Shown here: piece by piece, positions 54,171 through 64,000 of the stretch | Position numbering within the stretch: the stretch's first letter is position 1 | Layout: the number at the start of each line of letters is the position of its first letter | Source: an uncultured Planctomycetota bacterium | GTDB taxonomy: Bacteria; Planctomycetota; Planctomycetia; Gemmatales; Gemmataceae | Length of the DNA stretch: 64,000 nucleotides | Direction of reading: 5' to 3' | NCBI GenBank assembly: GCA_963849325.1 | Contig: CAWKHF010000004.1 | Span: forward strand, 384,001 to 448,000 | Translations under genes and position numbers: made by a program | Notes under the pieces: model-generated | What the model was told of the DNA's origin: nothing | The model's input: the letters and a program-made list of their open reading frames with translations, nothing else | Databases searched by the model: none

Positions 54171-55885
54171 TTATTTGTTGATCTGCACAGTCTGAGCAAT
54201 TACATAATACTCTAGCTCGGAAGGCATTGATCGGTTCTCAGGGCGTAGGTGTTCAGGCAAGGAATCAGATGACGGTCCAATAGCTTTCCACTGACGTGTC
54301 ACCCTCGGCAGTGATTTCCAATTTAACGGTTTCAATCCAACGTAATCACTATATTCGTAATGTGCAATTTCTATATTTGATAAAAAAAAGTGCAAAGTAT
54401 AGCTTGGAGCCTCGCTTTTTCCGATAGGAAACACAAAGAAGAGTTTTCGGTATTTACCACCATATTCTGGTGATAAGTTCACATGATGGAATACCATCAG
54501 CCCCTTTTCATTAGAAATTGGGACAGCATCTTCTCGATAATCAGTTATTGGGTAGCCGAATGCAGTTCCTCCCTCATCATTACTCACCGAGAGCGTGACA
54601 CCACTAATAGGTTGTCCATGTTGGTCCAGAAATGTAACCTGAAACTCAGCTTGGGCAAATCCCCCCTCCCATACTTCTACAATACCGCAACAACACAAGA
54701 ACACCAAACCAATAAAAGCGGCGACGATACCCATTACTGAGTCCAGCACGAGGAAAGATTCCCCTTGTTACTGAACTTGTGTATAATACAGCATGAGACC
54801 TAAAGGAACATCTGCTGAACTCGAACGCCGCCGTCGCCGCGCCGTCGAACTCGTCGAACAGGGCGAATCCCCTACCGTGGTCGCCCGCATCCTCGGCGTC
54901 CGCACCGCCTCCGTCCACCGCTGGCGACGCATGGCCCAACAACCCCACGGCCTGGACGCCACGGCCCATCCCCGGCCCGACGCCCCGCCTCTCCGACTAC
55001 CAACTCCGCAAACTCGAACGACTCCTCCGTCAAGGCGCCAAGAACCACGGCTGGCCCAACCAACTGTGGACCGCCGACCGCGTCGCCCGCCTCATCCGCC
55101 AACGCTTCGGCGTCTCCTTCCACCCCGAACACGTCCGCAAGATCCTCAAGCAGCGCCTGGGCTGGACCAGCCAGAAACCCAAACGCAAGGCCCGCGAACG
55201 CAACGACAAGGAGGTGGAGCGCTGGAAGGGCGATGAACTGCCCCGCATCCTCCGCGAGGCCTGGAAGCGGCAGGCCCACGTCGTCTTCCTCGACGAATCG
55301 GGCTTCCAACTGACGCCCTCGGTGCGTCGGACCTTGGCCCCGCGGGGCCAGACGCCGGTGCTGGACGTGCTGGGACCGGCGCGACCGCATCTCGGCCATT
55401 AGTTGCATCACGCTCAGTCCACTGGCAGGGCCGGCCGGGGCTGTACTTCGAGTTGCTGCCGCTCAACACGACGGTCCATGCGGAGGAGGTGGTGGCCTTT
55501 TTGAAGGACGTTGCGGCGGCAGTTGCGTGGGCCGTTCACGGTGGTGTGGGACCGGCACAACATCCACAGCAAGTCGCGGGTGGTGAAGGCGTTCTTGGCC
55601 GAACATCCGGAGATCGTGGCGGAGGACTTCCCTGGGTACGTGCCGGACTTGAACCCCGACGAGTGGGTGTGGGGTTGGACGAAGTACGGCCGCTTGAGCA
55701 ACCTGGCGGCATGGAACGCCGAGGAGTTATGGGACCACATCGTCATGGCTCTGATCGATCTCAAGTTCCAACCGCGAATGCTGAATGCTTTCATCCAGGA
55801 GGCTGGGATACCTGTGGCGGCATGATAGTATCTTTACCAATGCTGGACTCAGTAGGACAACCCTATGAGTTATTATCCTCGTCAT
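54171..55885 (-). pseudogene. AT-rich putative immunity gene with an N-terminal TM, interrupted by IS630 after codon 11
   Basis: Removing the IS and one TA restores MTRIITHRVVL-MGIVAAFIGLVFLCCCG in frame; follows the toxin tip directly. Confidence 0.75.
54737..55852 (+). mobile_element. IS630-family insertion sequence (frameshifted transposase 54793-55825)
   Basis: Terminal inverted repeats CTGAGTCCAGCAnnnGnAAAGAT, TA target duplication, FLDESGF / VVWD / PDLNPDEWVW motifs. Confidence 0.92.
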
Positions 55886-55902
55886 AATATTAACTCCGCA
55901 GC

Positions 55903-57943
55903 CTATTTTCCTCGTTTCTTAGCCATAAGTTCATCATACTTTCGAGCAAGGTAGTCTATGGTGCTCTGCCATTGCTGTGCATCCTTCAAGAAATTATCGG
56001 TGTTGGTTTCGTCGAACCCTTCTCTTCTACCAAGTTCACGAACTATAACATCAACTTGGCGATACAGGAGACGATCCCAATACAATGTCGTAATATGTAT
56101 CGTTTCTCCGGTTGGACTGAACAAATACCGTATATATGCGTCCGTCTCATTTTCTGTCGGTGGCGAGGTATCTTCTTTGAAGGCAATGTGTTCGCCTTTA
56201 TTTATCTGTCGGAAAATTGACTGTATCTTTCCGATATAAAATGATCTCCCAGTATAGTGGAAGAATGTGGGCCATCCACCTTCCGCGACAGGTGGAAGAA
56301 AATCGTGGAACGTCTTGCTGAGGTTTCTATACGTTTTGTCTATACCCGGTTCAGTTGCCATCGGTTGTTTGAAAGTTGCCATACTCTTCAGTTCATCCCA
56401 GTGATCCGTTAACATTGACAGAGCTTTTTCTAGTTTCGTTGACGCTTCCCAAGTATTGTTTATGAGTTGTTTTCTTTGTGCCTCGGTAAAACCGTACCAA
56501 GTTAAGTTAATTGATGTCGGTGGGGCATCGCTGGTCGGGGGGGCATCGCTGAAAGGCTGTCCGAACGGCGAATAATCGAGATTGCCCGGACCTGAGCCCG
56601 ATACCGCGTTGGAGACATTGGCAAAACCCTGCAGCACGCAGTAACGATCCTGTCCGGTCTCGCTCTGGCGAAGGCTGCCGCTCTTCCAATCGCCACTCTC
56701 TTGCAAGCTGTAGTTGTAACTGCCGGGACCATTGGACATGGTAGCGCCGGGGCCGCTGTCGGTCAAGGTGTAACTGCCGCTGCCCGACGCCGTACGCGAG
56801 AAGGTCTGGTCGAACGAGTTGCCTGTCTCGGTCACAATGTTTGTTTCGTTGCCCTGCACCGCCTCCTCGTAGCTGCCGCCGCTGGCCTGGCCGCTCTCCG
56901 TCAGCGTGTAAATGTCGCTGCCCGACTGGCTCATGCTATAGGCGCCCGTGATCGTGTTGGCGTTCACCCAGCCGCTGCTAGTCTGACTGCCCGAGGCCGT
57001 CAACGTGTAATTGCTGCTGCCGCTGGCCGTCTGCGTCATGCTGTAGTTGTCCGTGCTGGACAGCGTGGCGGAGTCACTGCCGCTCTGGATGTTGCCCGTG
57101 TCTTGACGGCTGCTGCTTTGGCTGTCGCTCTCGCTGGTCGTCACCGTGCCGCTGCTGTCCGAATAGCTGTCTTGCAGCGTCGTCGTGCCGCTGCTGCTGG
57201 TCGTGCGGTCGTAGGCGCCGGTGGAACTGTTGCCCGATTCGGTGATGGTGCTGCTGGTGTTGCTGATCTCCGTGTAGGACGCACTGCCGCTGGACGTAAT
57301 GGTCGTGTCCTGGATGGTGATGCTACTGCTGCTGCTGCCGCTGCCGGAATACTCGCCCGTCGTGTCGTTGCCCGATTGCTGCCACGACTGCGTCGCGCTG
57401 CTGCTGGTGCTCAGGGTCGAGGTGCCGGCACTGTTGCTCGCCGTCTGCTGCACGCTGGTCTGGGTCGTGGTCGTGTTCGTCTGGCTGTTGTCGCCGGTGG
57501 ACTCGTCGTCGCTGTTGCTGTTGCTGCCGCTGGTAGTGCTGGTCTGCGTCAGGGTGAAGTTGGTGTTCGTGGCCAGGTCTTCGCCGCTCTCCGTGATCGT
57601 CGTGCCGCCACCGCTGGTGGTGGTGAGCGCGTCGCTGCCGGCGTCGTCGTCCTCAACCCAATTGTCCGAGTTGTCGATGGTTTCGACGCTGACGGGGTTA
57701 CCCTGCGTGTCCATCCAGCCGTTCTCGGTGATGGTGCCGCTGCCGGATACCGCTCCCGAGACCGTGAACGAACCGGAGCCGGCGTAGGAGGCATCGTAGC
57801 TGACGCTGAAGCTGATGGAGGCACTGCCCGAGACGCTGCCGCCGTCGCTCCAATTGCCGCCGATAATGCCGGTGATGCTGCCGGAGGCATCGGCTGTTCC
57901 CGTGACGCTGGCGCTGTCCAGAGAAGCAATGCCGCTGCCGGCG
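55903..57943 (-). CDS. Orphan toxin cassette: partial carrier C-terminal region, junction, and a different AT-rich tip
   Basis: 57943-56540 is highly similar to 60843-59440; the sequence after FSDAPP is unrelated. Confidence 0.8.
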
Positions 57944-58053
57944 ATGTTTCCGGTGCGATGATCCCTGAATCGCGCTCCTCCATCCGCCACATGACTGCCC
58001 GGATGGCATTTTCGGGAAGGACACGCTCGCGATTACCGGATTCAGGGTTGATT

Positions 58054-58533
58054 TTAATATATAATGAGCTTACCCTCAGGAAAATCTCCTTTCCAACCAC
58101 ATGGGAAATGTCCTTTGACATACCAGTAAGCCTGGCTGGCATAAAATCCAGGTGGATAAACATCTGCGTACTCTGCTTCCATGCACACGCCAACAATATC
58201 CCACTGCACCGTATCTTCAAATACTTTCGGCAGTTTATTTTTGCGAACCACGTCCTCGATCATTTTAAGGACAAGTGGCATGGAATAATGTTTTACTTCC
58301 GTGACAATGTCATTCCATTTCCTAAAACGTTCCATCGATCTTTCGCATAATCGTTCACGGTACTGGTTAGAGGCTTCCAGACAAAGCTCCTCCCATTCAG
58401 AAGATTTGCACGATTCAATCGCCTCCTGCCAAGACGATAATACGATGGCCGCATCCGTATCCTTCACGCCAACGCGTGAAAACCAACGAGCTTCTTCAAG
58501 CTCTCTTAAAGTGGCGATTGTCCTGGGATGCAT
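58054..58533 (-). CDS. Putative immunity protein
   Basis: AT-rich 159-aa gene 13 nt after the toxin stop; C-terminal GHFPCGW motif resembles toxin-adjacent immunity genes. Confidence 0.75.
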   Translation of the reverse strand: MHPRTIATLRELEEARWFSRVGVKDTDAAIVLSSWQEAIESCKSSEWEELCLEASNQYRERLCERSMERFRKWNDIVTEVKHYSMPLVLKMIEDVVRKNKLPKVFEDTVQWDIVGVCMEAEYADVYPPGFYASQAYWYVKGHFPCGWKGDFPEGKLIIY

Positions 58534-58546
58534 AAAGAATATCTCC

Positions 58547-61500
58547 TTATTTTTTTTGCCCCAAGGGGTTCGGTATCCGTGGCACCGGGCCTGTGGGTTT
58601 CAATCCATACAGTCGTTGTTGAGCAGCAGCACGATCCACGAGAATTGATGCCTCCTCAGGAGAATAACCACTATCCTCCAAGGCACGCCGTAAGGCCGCC
58701 AGGTATTCAGAATTCGTCGGTGTTTTCTGGAAACGAGAGCCGCCTTTCCGATATTGCGCCCAGAACTTCTCCATAGACTCATGGAATTTATAATGGGGGG
58801 TTCCAACATCCTTAAAAGCATTACCTCGCATACCGTTGGCCAAACCTTCTTCCTCTGGGATTACACTTTTATATGCTGCGTTTTGGTTAAGATGGTTCGC
58901 CTGCTGATTAGTATCTTTGAGTTTAGTGGTCATATTCTTATAGGAACCGGTCACCAGACCATTTATTATACGTACCGTAATAACCTTTTCTCCTGGTCGT
59001 TTAACTTCAATTAGGGCATCCTTTCCAGCCCGTTTCGCCGTAAGAACTGTGCCGTCTTGGAGCGTTACTCGCCACGTATCACGATCCACACGATCAAGAG
59101 TGGATAGAGTTCTATGCGAACGCCCAAATGACTCAATAGTGCTGACCGCATCCTCAAAACTGTCCTTGGTCCGAGCCGGCGTTGCATAATAGTTGTCCTT
59201 CACCTTTGACACGTTATTAAGAGAGTCACAGCAACATTCAGAACTTTTACTTTATGTTTTAATTTTTTCCCTTCGATGGTATCTTTCGCGGTAACTACCA
59301 GGTCGTGTATAGCAATAAAAAGCTGACCTGGTATCTTTGCTGAGTCAGCTTTGGCGTCGGCCGTTTCAGCTTTAATGGCGGCTGCAGCGTCTAACTGTGT
59401 GGCAGTTCCCAAGCGAGTAACCAACGGCGGTACACTCGGAGGTGCGTCGCTGAAAGGGGTTCCGAACGGCGCGTAGTCGAGGTTGCCCGGTCCCGCGACA
59501 GAGGCGGCGTTGGAGACATTGGCGAAGCCTTGCAGAAGGGCGTAGCGATCGTGTCCGGTCTCGCTCTGGCTCAGGCTGCCGCTCTTCCAGTCGCCACTCT
59601 CTTGCAAGCTGTAGTTGTAACTGCCCGGACCATTGGGCATGGTAGCGCCGGGACCGCTGTCCGTCAAGGTATAACTGCCGCTGCCCGAGTTGCTGCGTTG
59701 GAAGGTCTGATCGAACGAGTTGCCCGTCTCGGTCACGCTATTGGTCTCGCTGCCCTGCACCGTCTCCTCGTAGCTGCCGCCGCTGGCCTGGCCGCTCTCC
59801 GTCAGCGTGTAAATGTCGCTGCCGGTCTGGCTCATGCTGTAGGCGCCCGTGATCGTGTTGGCATTCTCCCAGCTGTTGCTGGTCTGACTGCCCGAGGCCG
59901 TCAACGTGTAATTGCTGCTGCCGCTGGCCGTCTGCGTCATGCTGTAGTTGTCCGTGCTGGACAGCGTGGCCGAGTCGCTGCCGCTCTGGGTATTACCCAC
60001 GTCCTGACGGCTGCTGCTTTGACTGTCGCTCTCGCTGGTCGTCACCGTGCCGTTACTGTCCGAGTCGGTGTCTTGCAGCGTCGTCGTGCCGCTGCTGATG
60101 GTCGTGCGGTCGTAGGCGCCGGTGATGGTGTCGCCCGATTCGGTGATGGTGCTGCTGGTGTTGCTGATCTCCGTGTAGGACGCGCTACCGCTTGCCGTGA
60201 CGGTCGTGTCCTGGATGGTGATGCTACTGCTACTGCTGCCGCTGCCGGAATACGCACCCGTGGTGTCGTTGCCCGATTGCTGCCAGGATTGCGTCGCGCT
60301 GCTGCTGGTGCTCAGAGTCGAGGTGCCGGCACTGTTGGTCGCCGTCTGCTGCACGCTGGTATGAGTCGTGGTCGTGCTCGATTGGCTATTGTCGCCGCTG
60401 GTCTTGTCGTCGCTGTTGCTGCTGCTGCCGCTGGTCGTGCTGGTCTGCGTCAGGGTGAAGCTGGTGTTCGTGGCTAGGTCTTCGCCGGTCTCGGTGATTG
60501 TCGTGCTGCCGCCGCTGGTCGTGGTCAGGGCATCACTGCCGGCGTCGTCGTCCTCAACCCAGTTGCCTGCGCTGTTGATGGTTTCGACGCTGACGGGGTT
60601 GCCGGACGTGTCCATCCAGCCGCTCTCGGTGATGGTGCCGCTGCCTGACACCGCTCCCGAGACCGCGAAGCTTCCCGAACCGGCGTAGGAGGCATCGTAG
60701 CTGACACTGTAATTGATGGAGGCGCTGCCCGAGGCGCTGACGCCATCGCTCCAGTTGCCGCCAATGACGCCGGTGATGTTGCCGGAGGCTTGGGCCGTGC
60801 CCGTGACGCTGGCGCTGTCCAGGGAGGCGATGCCGCTGCCGGCGTTGGCATCGGTATACGTCCCGGAGCCGCTGTACGACCACGAGATCGAACCGCTCTC
60901 CGAGCCGCTGCCGGAGTCGCTTTCCGAACCCGTGGCCAGGTTGTTGTCATCGTCCTCGCTGCCGCCGGCGTGCAGATGACCGCTCTCGGTGATGGTGCCG
61001 CCGCCATTCACAGCCCCTGTCGCCGTGAAGGTGCCGGAGCCGGAATAGGAGGCGTCGTTGGTGGCGGTGTTGGTGACGGAGACGCTGCCCGACATGCTGG
61101 CGGTGCCGCTGTTGCTTTCGCTGCCGCCGATGACACCCGTGATGCTGCCCGAAGCCCAGGCAGTGCCCGTCACCGTACCCGAGATGATCGCCGAGACCGA
61201 GCCGGGTACGAAGAAAAAGACGCCATTGGTGCCATTGCTGTCCGTATAGATGCCACTACCCGAGTACGACCACGAGGTGGCGCCGCTTTCGGAGCCGCTA
61301 CCGGAGTCGCTCTCCGCACCTGTGGCCAGGTTGTCGTCATCGTCCTCATTGTCGCCACTGTTCAGGAAGCCGCTCTCGGTGATCGTGCCGCCACCATTGA
61401 CGGCGCCGGTCGCCGTGAAGGTTCCGGAGCCGGAATACGAGGCGTCATTGGTGGCCGTGGTGGTGACGGAGACACTGCCCGACATGCTGGCGGTGCCGCT

Positions 61501-64000
61501 GTTGCTCTCGCTACCGCCGATGACACCATTGATACTGCCCGAGGCCCAGGCCGTTCCTCCCACGGTTCCCGTGATGATGGCCGAGGCGGAGCCAGGAACA
61601 AAAAACGAGACGCCACTGGTGCCGTTGGCGTCCGTATACGATCCTGAACCCGAGTACGACCAGAACGTCGAGCCGCTCTCGGAGCCGCTGCCGGAATCGG
61701 TCTCCGAGCCGGTGGCCAGGTTATCGTCATCGTCCTCGCTGCCGCCGGCGTGCAGATGACCGCTCTCGGTGATGGTGCCGCCGCCATTCACAGCCCCTGT
61801 CGCCGTGAAGGTGCCGGAGCCGGAATAGGAGGCGTCGTTGGTGGCGGTGTTGGTGACGGAGACGCTGCCCGACATGCTGGCGGTGCCGCTGTTGCTTTCG
61901 CTGCCGCCGATGACACCCGTGATGCTGCCCGAAGCCCAGGCAGTGCCCGTCACCGTACCCGAGATGATCGCCGAAGCAGAACCCGGCACGAAGAACGAGA
62001 CGCCGCTGGTCCCGTTGGCATCGGTGTACGTCCCCGAACCCGAATACGACCATGAGGTGGCGCCGCTCTGGGAGCCGCTGCCAGAGTCGCTCTCCGAACC
62101 CGTGGCCAGGTCGTCGTCATCGTCCTCGCTATCGCCTGTGTGTAGATGACCACTCTCCGTGATCGTGCCGCCGCCAATGACGGCGCCGCTAGCGACAAAC
62201 GTACCGGAGCCGGAGTACGAGGCATCGTTGGTGGCGGTGTTGGTGACGGAGACGCTGCCCGACATGCTGGCGGTGCCGCTGTTGCTCTCGCTGCCGCCGA
62301 TGACACCATTGATACTGCCCGAGGCCCAGGCCGTTCCTCCCACGCTCCCCATTATGACGGCCGAGGCGGAGCCAGGAACAAAAAACGAGACGCCGCTAGT
62401 CCCGTTACTGTCTGTGTACGTCCCCGAACCCGAATACGACCATGAGGTGGCGCCGCTCTGGGAGCCGCTGCCAGAGTCGCTCTCCGAACCCGTGGCCAGG
62501 TCGTCGTCATCGTCCTCGCTATCGCCTGTGTGTAGATGACCACTCTCCGTGATCGTGCCGCCGCCAATGACGGCGCCGCTAGCGACAAACGTACCGGAGC
62601 CGGAGTACGAGGCATCGTTGGTGGCGGTGTTGGTGACGGAGACGCTGCCCGACATGCTGGCGGTGCCGCTGTTGCTCTCGCTACCGCCGATGACACCATT
62701 GATACTGCCCGAGGCCCAGGCCGTTCCTCCCACGCTCCCCGTTATGACGGCCGAGGCGCTGCCAGGCACGAAGAAAGAAACGCCGCTGGTGCCGTTAGCA
62801 TCCGTGTACGTTCCCGAACCGCTGTACGACCAGGACGTGCCGCCGCTTTCGGAGCCGCTGCCGGAGTCGCTCTCCGAACCAGTGGCCAGGTCGTCGTCTT
62901 CGTCCTCGCCGCCGCCGCTGTCCAGGTGGCCGCTCTCGGTGATCGTACCGCCGCCATTGACCGCGCCCGAAGCCGTGAAGGTGCCCGAGCCGCTGTAGGA
63001 GGCGTCGTTGGTGGCGGTGTTGGTGACGGAGACGCTGCCCGACGTGCTGGCGCCGCCGCTGTCGCTCTCGTTGCCACCGATGACGCCGGTGATGCTGCCC
63101 GAAGCCCAGGCCGTCCCTCCCACCGTCCCCGAGATGATTGCCGAGGCGGAGCCAGGAACGAAGAAGGAGACGCCGCTGGTGCCGTTGCTGTCCGTATAGC
63201 TGCCACTGCCCGAGTACGACCATGACGTGCCGCCGCTCTCCGAACCGCTGCCCGAGTCGCTCTCCACACTGCTGCCCGAAGAACCTCCCAAGTCGTCGCT
63301 GCCCGACTCTCCATCGCCGGTGTGCAGGTGACCGCTCTCAGTGATCGTACCGCCGCCATTGACGGCGCCCGACGCCGTGAACGTACCCGAGCCGGAATAC
63401 GAGGCGTCATTGGTCGCCGTGGTGGTGGTGGCGACGCTACCCGACGTGCTGGGGCTGGCGCTGCCGCTGCTGCTGTCCGTATAGCTGCCGCCGATGACAC
63501 CCGTGATGCTGCCCGAAGCCCAAGCCGTCCCTCCCACCGTCCCCGTGATGATCGCCGAGGCGGAGCCAGGAACGAAGAAGGAAACGCCGCTGGTGCCGTT
63601 GGCATCCGTGTACGTCCCCGAACCGCTGTACGACCATGACGTGCCGCCGCTCTCGGAGCCGCTGCCGGAGCCGCTCTCCGCCGTCACACTGCCCGAAGAA
63701 CCCCCGATAGCACCATCGTCAACCTCGCCGCCGCCGGTGTGCAGATGACCGCTCTCGGTGATCGTACCGCCGCCATTGACGGCGCCGGTGGCCGTGAACG
63801 TACCGGAGCCGGAATACGAGGCGTCGTTGGTCGCCGTGGTGGTAGCGGACACGCTGCCCGAGGTGCTGGGGCTGGCGCTGCCGCTGCTGCTGTCCGTATA
63901 GCTACCGCCGATGACGCCCGTGATGCTGCCCGAAGCCCAGGCGCTGCCCGTCACCGTCCCCGAGATGATCGCCGAGGCGGAGCCAGGAACAAAGAAGGAG
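58547..64000 (-). CDS. Giant Ser/Gly/Thr-rich repeat protein with a C-terminal putative nuclease toxin (begins beyond the window; apparent -1 frameshift near 59220)
   Basis: About 8 repeats of ~130 aa, a ~460-aa non-repeated S/T-rich region, PGNLDYAPFGTPFSDAPP, then an AT-rich tip with NHLNQNAAY...TPHYKFHE. Confidence 0.85.
60843..64000 (-). repeat. Tandem ~390-bp coding repeats
   Basis: Matching blocks offset by 390 bp (62146 vs 62536) and 780 bp (61058 vs 61838). Confidence 0.92.

Noticed and set aside
56701-63748. Long plus-strand ORFs over the repeat gene
   Set aside because: They are antisense shadows of the biased-codon minus-strand carrier
59200-63954. Carrier as a classical Rhs, CdiA or ice-nucleation protein
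   Set aside because: It shows no YD repeats or DPxG core, no haemagglutinin repeats, and no AGYGSTxT octapeptide periodicity

Overview
High-GC chromosomal window, most likely from a Planctomycetota (Gemmataceae-like) bacterium. This is inferred from DUF1559, DUF1080, PQQ-propeller and ECF sigma/Ser-Thr kinase gene content. Many conserved genes carry single-base frameshifts (tig, atuA, RND pump, kinases), consistent with uncorrected long-read errors. Bases 1-49.4 kb are mostly housekeeping and signalling genes: an RND pump, two ECF+kinase pairs, lpxD/lpxI, thpR, atuA, queF, a hybrid histidine kinase, two clpP genes, tig and a halogenase-like flavoprotein, with many REP-like palindromes between and inside them. 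Features missed by the ORF track are a UGA-containing SelW/Rdx selenoprotein, a c-di-GMP-I riboswitch upstream of a Flp pilin, and tRNA-Lys. At 49.5-51.2 kb there is an array of 14 non-canonical tRNAs behind a leader ORF, a terminator and a matching antiterminator. At 53-64 kb there is an apparent polymorphic toxin locus of an unfamiliar type. It has a giant Ser/Gly/Thr-rich carrier built from ~130-aa repeats, a conserved PGNLDYxPFGxPFSDAPP junction, variable AT-rich toxin tips with downstream immunity-like genes, and orphan cassettes.
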